Source: Eledone cirrhosa
Lineage: Eukaryota
Direction of reading: 5' to 3'
NCBI GenBank assembly: GCA_964016885.1
Contig: OZ024757.1
Span: 16,802,001 to 16,866,000, forward strand
Length of the DNA: 64,000 nt
The translations under genes were made by a program, and so were the position numbers. The notes beneath the pieces were generated by a model. That model ran no database searches, was not told where the DNA came from, and saw nothing but the letters and a program-made list of their open reading frames with translations. The stretch's first letter is position 1. Every line of letters starts with the position of its first letter. Shown in pieces: positions 1-10,739 of the stretch.

Positions 1-2
1 CT

Positions 3-1166
3 TTGCTTGAGACCACCACTAGCATCAACAACACCAATACGACCGAAGAATTATATTGTATCCCAGGACTAAGTGTATCGGCTAAACTGAATTATAAATT
101 GGTCATCGGTAATGCCATTATCCCTAACTGCGCAGCGCCATGCGTTGGTATGATTTTCACAGAAGATCAGGTACAGTTTTCTCGACTATTTAACGGTATT
201 TTATCGTCTCTCAGCCTCGTTCCCTGTCTCTTAATTACTCTCACATTTCTCGTCGATGTTAAACGTTTCCAATATCCACAACGAGTCGTTGTCTTCCAGT
301 CTTGTTGCTACACAATCATTTCACTGACTTATTACTTAGCTTTCGTCTATCGAGATAAGATTGCCTGTGTTGAAGTTTCCAATCTCCGTTGCCCTCCTCA
401 AATTATATCTGTTATCACACAAGGAAGAACAACAGTACTTTGTACTATGACGTCTATCTTAATATATTTCTTTAGCATGGCTGCTTCGGTATGGTCTGTA
501 ATATTTGCGATGGTATGGTTCCTCGCTGCCACGAAGAAATGGTGTTCGGAGGCTATCGAATCGAAATATCTTTATTACCATACAATATCGTGGGGCATGT
601 CTGCTGTAAAGACGTCATTTTTATTAACATATGGCTACATTGATGGAGATATTTTAAGTGGTGTATGTAACGCTGGTGCATTCAATACAGATGTCCTCAC
701 ATATTTAGTCCTACTACCATTCGGTCTATATTTTCTCACCAGAATCCTATTTCTTGTCCCAGCTTTCATATCAATGATCAGAATCACCGCCAGAAACGAT
801 GTACTGTGCACAAGGACTCAACAGACCTCTTACTTAATGTACCGTTTCGGGTTTTTCTCTATCGTCTCCACAATTCACGCTCTAATCGCCATCAGTACTT
901 TGCTGTATGAGTACAGCTTCAGAGACCTCTGGTTGACAACTTGGTGGGACTCTCGTCTCAACACCAACACCACCACTGACCAGGACGCTCCACCGACCCC
1001 AGCTGCCGCTCTTAGATTGGATTACCATCCCAGCTTGGTACTGTTTATCTTCAGATATGCCGTGGTATATACTAATGCCCTTCTTCCTGCTGTTTGGTTA
1101 TGGAACAATAAAACTTGGCTCACCTGGAAGAAGATAGGGCGTGACATTCTTCGAATCTACCGTTGA
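3..1166 (+). CDS. FZD: Divergent Frizzled-family (class F) 7TM receptor: linker, transmembrane domain and C-tail. The 5' end, including any CRD, lies upstream of the window.
   Basis: Uninterrupted 387-codon frame, open at the window edge, with Frizzled motifs in the expected order: [19 protein letters not shown] (cf. TFLIDxxRFxYPER), IAC...[43 protein letters not shown] (cf. RIGVFS), YEY and [12 protein letters not shown] (KTxxxW Dishevelled-binding motif). Stop TGA at 1164-1166. Subfamily cannot be assigned by eye. Confidence 0.92.
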   Translation: MLETTTSINNTNTTEELYCIPGLSVSAKLNYKLVIGNAIIPNCAAPCVGMIFTEDQVQFSRLFNGILSSLSLVPCLLITLTFLVDVKRFQYPQRVVVFQSCCYTIISLTYYLAFVYRDKIACVEVSNLRCPPQIISVITQGRTTVLCTMTSILIYFFSMAASVWSVIFAMVWFLAATKKWCSEAIESKYLYYHTISWGMSAVKTSFLLTYGYIDGDILSGVCNAGAFNTDVLTYLVLLPFGLYFLTRILFLVPAFISMIRITARNDVLCTRTQQTSYLMYRFGFFSIVSTIHALIAISTLLYEYSFRDLWLTTWWDSRLNTNTTTDQDAPPTPAAALRLDYHPSLVLFIFRYAVVYTNALLPAVWLWNNKTWLTWKKIGRDILRIYR

Positions 1167-1782
<616 letters not shown>

Positions 1783-1795
1783 GAAAAGAGTCAAA

Positions 1796-1876
1796 ACCCC
1801 GACGGCTGAGCTCCGGCCGTTTCGACAGCTAGTTCGGACCTAGCTGTCGAAACGGCCGGAGCTCAGCCGTCGGGGT
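1796..1876. repeat. Perfect 37-bp inverted repeat with 7-nt loop, probably an inverted Penelope-like element terminus
   Basis: 1796-1832 (accccgacggctgagctccggccgtttcgacagctag) is the exact reverse complement of 1840-1876; loop ttcggac. The left arm has a diverged single-arm homolog at ~10662-10722. The hairpin is seen directly; the element assignment is inference. Confidence 0.85.
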
Positions 1877-1896
1877 CCTAGTCATCATTAAGACCT

Positions 1897-2228
1897 CTCT
1901 AGGAAAAGGTCACTCTGATATAAAACTTGCGACTTCGTTATCACCCAATGATGTAGACCAGTTGTTTGGGGGTGGAGGGATGCACTCGATGTTCAGAGAG
2001 TGGGACTGGCCCCCGTACAAAGCCTTTCCTCACATTTTTCAAGCACAGACATCGCTTGATATGTGACTTTTTTTTGCGCTGCATGGTATTGCTGGCCATA
2101 GGCAAGACCCTAGCTGGACTAAAAAGCTACGTCAGTGATGCTCATGCTTAAGTATCAAGCGATGGTATTACTCGAAATCGAGTTGTAGCCATCATCATCG
2201 TGTATGTATGTGTATGTATGTGTATGTT
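1897..2228 (+). mobile_element. Non-autonomous RTE-LINE-derived element, 5'-truncated, with microsatellite tail
   Basis: Colinear similarity to 62870-63238 (actctgatataa, agagagtgggactggc, gctggactaaaaag, actcgaaa.cgagtt). Encodes the remnant GKTLAGLKSYVSDAHA*, followed by a 3' stem-loop and a (CAT)n(TGTA)n tail. Confidence 0.65.
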
Positions 2229-2619
2229 TGTGTGTTTGTTAGTTGGTTTTTGCATGTATATAATGTATATATCAAAAGGACGTTTTCTTTGACTTTCACA
2301 CAAAAGCCGGTCACAAGTGATTCAACTTTCTAATATTTGTGTTTTCTGTTTAATATATTCATCTATTGTTTTATTCTGAAATATATTGAAATTATTAAAA
2401 TCACGAGTGTTCATGTTATGTTTTATCAGGCAGTTTAGTGCTCCTACCGCCGACTTCATTTCCTAATAACTTTCTGTTTTGGTAAATTTATAAATCTACA
2501 CCTGTCTAGCGTTCCATAGAAAATTTGTTTTTCCCTTTTTTGTGTGTTTTCAATATATCTGACACCCAAACATGTCGAAAATGACTAGTCTGAGGGTTTT
2601 TTTTTTTTTTTTAAAGAAA

Positions 2620-3000
2620 AAGGAGGTGGAGGCAAGAAAGGTGCGAGGAGTACCCCTCCCCCGAGTTTTCATCACAATTAATTTTTTATACCCCCAAATC
2701 TTTCCATGTGTTTTCAACAAATCTTGACTCTCAAACCCGTCGGGATTTTTTCTTTTTTAGTAAACGGAGGTGGAAAGTGTAGGGGACGGGACATCCTCGG
2801 ATTTTCATCACAATTTTTTCAACCGACGAATCTGACCTCCAGACCCGTCGGAAAAGATTATTATTTTATTATTATTATTTTTAGAAAAACTGGGATGGTG
2901 GATTAAAGGTGCGAGGAGCACTCCCAGAGTTTTCATCACAATTTTTTCCGCAGGAATTTTTCATGTTTTCAACGAATCTGACCTTCAAACACCGTTGGCA
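2620..3000. repeat. Old diverged tandem repeat, about 3 copies of ~130 bp
   Basis: ttttcatcacaatt recurs at 2666, 2802 and 2930; aaaggtgcgaggag at ~2637 and ~2905; aatct(t)gac...ccgt follows in each unit. Confidence 0.7.
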
Positions 3001-3064
3001 ATTCATCTTTTAATTAAACGTACCTCGTGACCCGACATTTAATTGGTGTTTATAGGGATGTATA

Positions 3065-3649
3065 TAATGTTTTACATGGTATAGATATTATATATTAGAT
3101 GGTATAGATATCATATTTTACATGATATAGATATGATATTTTACATATTTTGCAGCTGCACACCCAAAATGATACGAGGAATACATTTATGATAGATATT
3201 ATATTTTACATGATATAGATATTATATTTTACACGGTATGGATATTATAAATATACTTTATGTGATATAGATATTATATTTTACATGATATAGATATTAT
3301 ATTTTACACGGTATGGATATTATAAATATACTTTATGTGATATAGATATTATATTTTACATGATATAGATATTATATTTTACACGGTATGGATATTATAA
3401 ATATACTTTATGTGATATAGATATTATATTTTACATGGTATGGATATTATATTTTACATGGTATAAATATACATTTTATGTGATATAGATATATTTTACA
3501 TGGTATAAATATATTATACATGATACAGATATGATATTTTACATGATATAGATATATTTTACTTATATTTTACGTGATATAAATATATAGATATATTTTA
3601 CATAATATAGATATATTTTAGATGATATAGATATGATTTAGATATGATA
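3065..3649. repeat. AT-rich minisatellite (~23-bp unit ttttacatgatatagatattata) with a 75-bp higher-order triplication
   Basis: The unit is repeated throughout; the variant acacggtatgg occurs at 3231, 3306 and 3381 (period 75). Confidence 0.9.
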
Positions 3650-3651
3650 TA

Positions 3652-3842
3652 CGAGGGTCAGCTGAAACGTTTATAGTCTGACCAAGATACTCTCATGGAA
3701 TGACCAAATGAGATTTATTTTTCAACATAGTCCATGGAAAGAAACAACGCAGTTAGTAAGATGAATTGAAATTAATGCAAGATTCCACAGCTCTAACATC
3801 ACTTTTTCATAGTCAGCCTATGAACTTTTCAGTCGACCCTCG
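3652..3842. mobile_element. Tc1/mariner-family MITE (internally deleted)
   Basis: TA|cgagggtcagctgaaacgtttatagtctgac ... gtcagcctatgaacttttcagtcgaccctcg form imperfect ~30-bp TIRs. The right end matches the terminus (11345-11404) of the transposase-bearing mariner copy. Confidence 0.8.
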
Positions 3843-3855
3843 AAGATGGCGAGTG

Positions 3856-4398
3856 GGCATAGGTTAAGAATAACGTTCGAGAAAATGAAAGTAGATTTTC
3901 TGACAAGTGAATGTGTTTTTTTTTTTTTTTTACAATGAAAGTTACGATACACTGTTTGTTTATTTACAACATGTCTCTATAGTGATATGGTGTTAATTAG
4001 TATTGCGTGTGTGATTATTTTCTCTTTTTCTTTTTTTGTCTATTGTGTGTACGGAAAATGACATTGTGTGTTGAAAGAAATAAATTTTTTAAAAATAACT
4101 ATTACAAAAACATCTAAACGATGATGATGACACAAACACATATATATATACAAACACACATATATATATACATACAGACACACATATATATACACACATA
4201 TACACACCCACACATATATATATATATATAAGAGAAAATAATCACACACGCAATACTAATTAACACCATATCACTATAGAGACCTATTGTAAATAAACAA
4301 ACTGTATCGTAACTTTCAGTGTAAAAAAAACAAAAAAACACATTCACTTGTCAGAAAATCTACTTTCATTTTCTCGAACGTTATTCTTAACCTATGCC
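3856..4398. mobile_element. Mutator-like (MULE/foldback) non-autonomous element with ~170-bp TIRs and 9-bp TSD
   Basis: 3856-~4026 (ggcataggttaagaataacgttcgagaaaatg...) is the near-perfect reverse complement of ~4229-4398. The identical 9-mer tggcgagtg flanks both ends (3847-3855, 4399-4407). The interior is mostly CA/TA microsatellite. Confidence 0.85.
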
Positions 4399-4454
4399 TG
4401 GCGAGTGTGTGGATTTTATTAAAATATAATATATATATTGGCATAAAACTAACA

Positions 4455-4629
4455 ATTTGAAAAGAAGGGGAAGTCGGTTAAATCGACCCCAGTGCGTTAC
4501 TGGTACTTTATTTTATCGACCCTGGAAGTTAACCTTGGTGGGATTTGAACTCAGAACATAAAGGGCCGTACCTAAATGTCGCAAAGCATGTTGTCCGATG
4601 CTCTACCGATACTGCCAATTCACTACCCT
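4455..4629 (-). mobile_element. tRNA-derived SINE
   Basis: Reverse complement of the family at 5086-5275: A box (taccgatactgcca), B box (ggatttgaactc) and body ctggtactttattttatcgaccc. A further 3' fragment lies at ~4660-4699. Confidence 0.8.
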
Positions 4630-5085
4630 CATCCAAATAATGGTTTCTAAGTTTTTAGCTACCAATTTGAAGGGGAAAGTCGATTAAATCGACCCCAGTT
4701 CAAATAATAGTAATGGCTTGTTAGGCACAAGGTCAAACCATGGTAATTATTATTTCTTCATTGGCCGCAAGGACCCACATATGGGGGACTATACAAAGAA
4801 CAGGGACAGTGGGGGTTTATAAAGAAAATATGACAATGAAATTCCCCAATAGGGAGGAGGGTGACTTAGGAACGCCACCAATCCTAAACCATTTCACTCT
4901 CCAAGAGCACCCTAAGAGGGCACCCCTCTCCTTCCCAAACTAACCAGATACTTCTATCGTTGTATTGCTCCGTTCGTTTATTGAATACTTTCGGTTTGTA
5001 TTTGTATGGATAAACGTAAACATGGATATTTTTTAATCATGGCCTTCCAGTATCATTTTGAAAATTATCAATAAGAATAATTATA

Positions 5086-5275
5086 GGGCGGTGGATTGGC
5101 AGTATCGGTAGAGGGTCGGACGCCATGCTTTCCAGCATAGTTACGTCCCTTTACGATCTGAGTTCAAATCCCGCCGAGGTTGACTTTGCCTTTCATTCTT
5201 ACGGGGTCGAGAAAATAAAGTACCAGTAATGCACTGGGTAATTGCTGGCCTTGTGCCTAAAGTAGAAACAATTAT
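5086..5275 (+). mobile_element. tRNA-derived SINE with target-site duplication
   Basis: Pol III A-box-like tggcagtatcgg and B box gagttcaaatccc; body gactttgcctttcat...aaaataaagtaccagt. Flanked by the 19-bp direct repeat aattatcaataagaataat (5063-5081, 5270-5288). Confidence 0.88.
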
Positions 5276-5499
5276 CAATAAGAATAATGCAGTAGATATT
5301 GTACTGAAAACTAATATCATTTATACAACTGAACTTCTTTCTTCTCTTGAACTCGTAAGTCCTGGGAGAGTCGAATGGCGCCGTATTAACATACGGCCTT
5401 TCTGGGGCATTTTTAAGCCTGGCAGAGCTCTCTGAAGGTCTGAATACCGCAGATTTCTTCCAGAGAAGGATAAAGAATGGAAGTGAGAAAGAGATATAA

Positions 5500-5656
5500 G
5501 GGATGAATCGACCCCAGCATTAGACTGGTACTATTTTTATCGACTTCAAATGGATGAAGGGCAAAGTTAACCTCAGTAGGATTTGAACTCAGAGAACAGA
5601 GAACCGAAACGAATACCACATTCTATCCGACATTCTGACGACTATATCAATTCGCC
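5500..5656 (-). mobile_element. Diverged tRNA-derived SINE
   Basis: atcgaccccag...actggtactatttttatcgac...ggatgaagggcaaagttaacctc...atttgaactcag is the reverse complement of the same SINE family. Confidence 0.75.
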
Positions 5657-6491
5657 TTTCAACTGAACTACGAATTTTTCAAAAAATTATAACCTCTTTT
5701 TAATTTCAAATCGTAAAATCTATACCTTCGAAAAAATAAATATCTCTAAAATTTAATTTAAAAATATGCCATTATTAAGATACGGTATGAGGAACTGAAG
5801 TCGAGGTAGGGTGGGAAACTAAATCATACGTACCCCCCCCCCCCCCCTTTTTTTTTCTTCTTTTAAATTCACTGTTTTGGCAGTTTTAAAGGTTTAAGAT
5901 TAGAAGGTACCGAAAAACAGAAAATTCTGTTGTACATCTTTGATAACGTTTTAAATCCTTGATATTATAATATACCACCAATTTTTGCGATTAGTAAAAG
6001 ATATTTCACTTTTTTTTATGAGCAACATTTAAGTAACACGTTGCTGACATTTTAAGTGAATGTTTTGGCAGTTTGCGTCAAATTTAAATACTTAAACACA
6101 ATGAAATGTTAATAGGTCTTTAGTATGTTGTTGTTTTAAATGAAAATGTTTAAAATTAGACTCGTCTCCCGTTTGAGGTTGGTTCCAACCACCACTACGG
6201 TTAACTTTTAAAAAATGTGAATTATTTCCGATGGTTTTGAATGGCATATTCGTTCGAAACACATGAAAAAACTCCAAACATTTTACCCCAATAGTTTTAA
6301 TTAAGCTATACTTAAAATGACAACAAACGGTGTTTTGTTGAACTGTTAGGAACGATTTGCCCCTAAAATCCACGTCTTTTTAGCCGCCTAACCGGAAGTT
6401 CCTTCACTATCGATCAGTTCAATAATCCGACTGCAGTAAAGTCCTTTTCGTCAACATTTCGCCATTACAAGCTTGCGGCAATGCTCTATAC

Positions 6492-6676
6492 GAGGCATTT
6501 CAAACTGAGGGCCACATGGGTTACAATATGTTGTCTCAGAGTCACACACAACTAATTGCACACATTACAACTATTTTTATAATTTTATATTACGAAGATA
6601 AAGCATGTTCGCGCTGTAAAAACCTTTGCGCGGGCCGCGGGTGTGCTTGTAAAGGGCCACATGTTTGACATGCCTG
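6492..6676. mobile_element. hAT (Charlie-like) MITE
   Basis: TIRs gaggcatttcaaac / gtttgacatgcctg, subterminal gggccacatg/gggccgc motifs, and 8-bp flanks ctctatac / gtctacac that resemble the NTCTAGAN-type hAT target. Confidence 0.6.
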
Positions 6677-7275
6677 GTCTACACTTCCAAAATGAGAGAG
6701 GTGTTATCGTAAAAAAAAAAAAACGACGGTGCGGACTCGCTTCCTACCCAGTTAACAAATAATTTCCGACTGTCTTTAAGGTCAGATAACATCAAAAACC
6801 TCAGGAAAAAAAAAACAAAAAACAATTTTGCCTCCAAAGTGAAACAAGTATTATTGTAAAGAAAACTGAAGGTGTGTATGCCCCGGTTAACTAAATGATA
6901 ATAATAACTAAAATAATAAATTTCCAACGGTTTTGAAGGTCAGATTCGTTTGAAAAATAAAAAGAGAAAGAAAAACATGAAAAAATTATCATTTTAAATG
7001 CTAATAATCTCGTTACTAAAACGTCTTTGTAACTCCATTCCTTGCTAGATAACATTTTATTTACCTGGCGTAAAAATACCTCACTTTGGCGAGTTAATTT
7101 ATTTATTGGTGGTTACTAGTTGACTGCAAGCAGCCTGTATATCGACCGAAAACGAAGATTTACAAGGAAAAAACAGGTGACTTTCGTTTTCTTTTTATAA
7201 CTAAAATATCTCTCTTTACATATCTCGGGAACAAGGGTCAGTGGGTCCACGTCTTTGGCGGATTAATAATTAGAG

Positions 7276-7590
7276 CAGTGTTTCTCAAACGGTGTTACCC
7301 GGAACCCTAGGCTTCTGCAAGAGGTATCTAGGGGTTCCGCGAGAAACAGTGATAAATAAGCTAAGCTAAGGCAATTGAAAGTAATTTTTGTTCAATTTTA
7401 TATCCGTAATTTTACTAAACACGTACGACATATTGTTGAGAAATCCTTGGTTATTATAATAAAGGCTTCGACCTCTAATATTAAGGGATAGATATTAATA
7501 ATGGTATATAATAATTTTTATGTAGGGGTTCTCTGAGACATGAAAACTCTTTCAAAAGTCCCACAAGGGTAAAAAGGTTGACAAACGCTG
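7276..7590. mobile_element. hAT (Charlie-like) MITE
   Basis: TIRs cagtgtttctcaaac / ggttgacaaacgctg, internal ggaacccta/taggggttc repeats, 8-bp flanks aattagag / gtttagat. Confidence 0.75.
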
Positions 7591-7607
7591 GTTTAGATAG
7601 ATTTATA

Positions 7608-7678
7608 ATCGTGAAGTTGTGAGTTTGATTCTCGAATCGAGTGTTATGTCCTTAAGCAAGAGACTTCATTTCACGTTA
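7608..7678 (+). mobile_element. Decayed SINE fragment of a second family
   Basis: Degenerate B box (gagtttgattc) followed by tgtccttaagcaagagactt, similar to the gtgtccttgagcaagacactt central motif of widespread metazoan SINEs. Confidence 0.45.
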
Positions 7679-8750
7679 CGACTGGTAATAGTATTAGCAA
7701 TTGGAAAGACCAATGGAAATATTGTTTTCTTGGTCCGGTAAGCGAGTGAGGTCTGGGATCTTGTAGATCTTTTCCTTAATAATATAGGTGCCTATGTACC
7801 TTGGGGTGGGGGTGAGGTATAACAGGCTTTCTTTTCACTGGATTTACATGATTGAGTGATGAAAATAAAGGCCGTGGAGAAATAAAGCTGGTCGGAAATA
7901 GAGTAGTAAACTTCATGCTGCGACCCGTTCTCTGCCTCCCACCGAGTTGCTTCGGCCACAAACCCCTCACGACCTGCAATGCAGAGGACAGGAAGACAAA
8001 CAAATACTAGGGCTTGCACCGGTCTCCGTCGAGACCTAGTGATCCTCGGATTCCGTACAACTGAGCTGTGTAAAATCGGAATAATTGCAGGCAGTCTGCA
8101 AGAGCCCCGCGAAGTAGGGTGACAGTTGTTGCGGGTATCGCAGGCACAGCCGAAACACCGCTCTGACTTAAGTTTGTCACCTCCCAGTCTTTCGTTGCTT
8201 TTGCGTTTTTTTTTTATTTTTATTATAATTATATCTTTCTAAGTTACTCTCAGGTCCTAAATAATAGCGGGGTGGAAATCGGTAATTTATCTAGGGTCTC
8301 TCCCTTGATTTAAAAAAAAAAACAGAATTAGTCGCTTAGGTTACATAATGAAACTCCTAACCCATCCTATTTATTTTATAACGTATGAGATCTGTTATAA
8401 TATTCTTTTTAATGTCTAAAGAAAATTGTTACAGGAATGGCTACCACTTAAAATATAATTTCACTGGGGATAGAATAGCAAAATTTAATAAGTGGGGCAG
8501 AGGGAACTGTGTGTTATTCGAAAGCCGAAAGTACAATGAAGTTTCAGACTTGGTAGGTACGTAATAAAGATACAAGATCAGACGTCTGAGAGAATAAACT
8601 AAGGAGTGACTCAATTATTAAGAAGACGAGGCTTGATGTCAAAGGTTTGGAGAGATACAAATTATTTTTCTTCGATATTGTTTTATTTTCGTGGGTCGAC
8701 GGAAATGATAGTTGTTTGTTTCTGGTCATATTAGGTCGCCCGTCTCCCCT

Positions 8751-8790
8751 CACACACACGCACGCACACACACACACACACAGAGACACA

Positions 8791-8855
<65 letters not shown>
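8751..8855. repeat. (CA)n microsatellite
   Basis: About 50 CA units with a few interruptions. Confidence 0.98.
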
Positions 8856-8861
<6 letters not shown>

Positions 8862-9510
8862 TACAAAACAAAATAATTTGTATAAAATACAGTGAAATAG
8901 CAACCAGTTGGTCTTCGGTGTTGATTCTCCACTGCTTGGTATTTGTATAGAAGTCATCTATACTTATACACACACATTATATATATATATATATATATAT
9001 ATATTACACGGCTCAGAAATATTCCTTTCTTTGAGCTATTTAATTGTGAAAGACTATTTGAGTTTATAACTCTATATATAATATATATATATATATATAT
9101 AGTGTGTGCATATTGATATATACATGTAGATATGATACATCAAATAAAATCGTAATTACACAGAAATTGAACGTAGAATGTGTTACACTGTCTTATGTAA
9201 TCAGTAAGGTATGAGACATTAAAAAAAGATATTATATATAAACCGCATTAGGAGAAAATTAATGACGGAAATATATGAATGTTTATTTAAGCGATCGCTA
9301 ACCGGAAGTGTTGACATTTGAAAATTTTAAAGAAGTGAATCTTAAAATAAGCAACAAAATTATTTATATTTAATCAAGAATAACGAAATTTAGTAGATAA
9401 ATTATGTAATATTCATTTATTATTTATTCAAAGTACTCCAACTTATTTACAAACGGGATAAAAAAATATATTCTGGACGCAGTCTCGCATTCCTTACTTT
9501 ATTATAGTTT

Positions 9511-9557
<47 letters not shown>

Positions 9558-9558
<1 letters not shown>

Positions 9559-10374
9559 TAGCAGAATGGCCCGGCGTTTATCCTTCCTTTCTGAAACAGT
9601 ACAGAGAAGTACGGAATACTTCGGCGTGGGGATGGTGTCTACATTTTGTGTTTATAAAAAAAATTCGTCGTAGATTACCAGGGGTTTAACTTAATTGGGT
9701 GCCCTAGAGTAAAATGTTCAACCCACGAAAGCCAAGACGATAGGGTTAAGTAAAAAGGCATTCAACAAACCGAACATGTATTTGTTGTGCTATGGTACAA
9801 TGAAAGCAATAGTTACAGAGCAGTAAGTATGTGGGACTGCAGTGGTGGAGAGCATGAAGGAATTTAGTTGGATACTTTTAACGTTACAGGCCCTAACGCA
9901 AGCAAAATGCTAAACAATGCGGTCCCCGGGCAAAAATGTTTAATCTTTTTCAGTCAAATAAATTTGTGAAGCATACGTAATGCATATGCAAAGTTAAAAA
10001 AAATATCGGTTGGATACTGCTCGAGTTACAGGCCCTAACGCAACCAAAAGGCTTTAAAAAATCGGTTTTTCGCCTAATGCGGTCCCTGGGGCAAAAAACG
10101 AGAAAATCTTTTTTGCACAAAACACTTTAAACGACATAAGAAATGCATATTTTGAAGAAATCGCCTGGATTATTGTTCCGTTATGCCTTTAAAAAAAGCC
10201 TAAAATATGCGGTTTTTCGCCTAATGTGGCCTCTGTGGCATTGGAAATTTGAAATATTTTTTGCTCAAAACACCCACGACCATAAGTATTACATGTGTAA
10301 AGTTTGAAAAAAATCGGTTGGGTGGTTCTCGAGTTTTAGGGAAACAGACAGACATTCTGTTTTATATATATAGA
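9558..10374 (-). mobile_element. Non-autonomous Helitron
   Basis: The minus strand reads A|TCTATATATATAAAACAGAATGTCTGTCTG ... GGGCCATTCTGCTAG|T. This gives 5' TC, 3' CTAG, insertion between A and T and no TSD, next to a (TA)n tract. It has internal ~140-bp subrepeats (gttacaggccctaacgcaa...aatgcggtccc). Confidence 0.78.
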
Positions 10375-10424
10375 TATGTTAGGTAATTCCAAAGAAAAAG
10401 AGTGCTCTATGTATAGAAGAGAGC

Positions 10425-10573
10425 TATTTAATTAGAAAGTGAGCAACACAATATATAACTACTCCATAACATCTCTGTCTGATGAACAATCCAGACATTA
10501 ATATTGTCTGGGGTCCTGAAACCTTTGGTAATGGAGTAGTTATATATTGTGTTGTTCACTTTCTAACTAAATA
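10425..10573. mobile_element. Penelope-like element terminal-repeat remnant with inverted duplication
   Basis: 43-bp inverted arms (10425-10467 / 10531-10573, 2 mismatches) enclose a hammerhead motif and abut (TA)n. Inverted terminal duplications carrying minimal hammerheads are an established feature of Penelope-like elements. Confidence 0.6.
10473..10536 (+). ncRNA. Minimal type I hammerhead ribozyme motif (possibly decayed)
   Basis: Stem I 5' ctctgt (10473-78); core CTGATGA (10479-85); stem II ccagaca/tgtctgg; GAAA (10518-21); stem III cc-ttt-gg; TA, giving a GUA triplet with the predicted cut after 10530; stem I 3' atggag (10531-36; 4 Watson-Crick plus 2 G-U pairs). The base of stem II is imperfect. 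Confidence 0.65.
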
Positions 10574-10584
10574 TATATATATAT

Positions 10585-10722
10585 CAGAAAGAGTGTGGTA
10601 GAATACCAGGTGGGCCATAACCCACCAGAATACTCAATACTTGAGGTAGTAGAGTGGGTAATATGAAAAAATTCAGGACCCCGACGGTTGAGCTCCAGCT
10701 CTTTCGACATCTAGATCCGAAC
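10585..10722. mobile_element. Dispersed repeat fragment homologous to the 1781-1840 hairpin arm (Penelope-like terminus?)
   Basis: atgaaaaaattcaggaccccgacggttgagctccagctctttcgacatctagatccgaac aligns without gaps to atgaaaagagtcaaaaccccgacggctgagctccggccgtttcgacagctagttcggacc. Confidence 0.55.
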
Positions 10723-10739
10723 CGTTCGGTTCATCACTC

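Noticed and set aside
985-1010. Frizzled ECL3 peptide APPTPAA resembles the satellite reading VPPTPAG
   Set aside because: Only a 5-residue low-complexity match with different codons and no nucleotide-level homology to the monomer.
1840-1876. Second hammerhead (cgaaacggccgga)
   Set aside because: It has GAAAC and a palindromic mini-stem but lacks the upstream CUGANGA and the UH cleavage site.
5086-5180. tRNA gene suggested by A and B boxes (also at 11404-11500)
   Set aside because: There is no cloverleaf, and the sequence continues into a shared repeat body with a TSD, so it is a SINE head.
6190-6960. Two similar segments (cggttaact...atttcc.a.ggttttgaa.g.ca.attcgtt.gaaa at ~6198-6260 and ~6884-6955)
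   Set aside because: The similarity is real but short and diverged. It is probably an old repeat fragment with no definable ends or function.
7770-8200. GC-richer stretch with short ORFs, a possible exon or LINE 3' fragment (similar case at 4740-4945)
   Set aside because: No recognisable protein motif or convincing splice-site pair; it cannot be classified from sequence alone.
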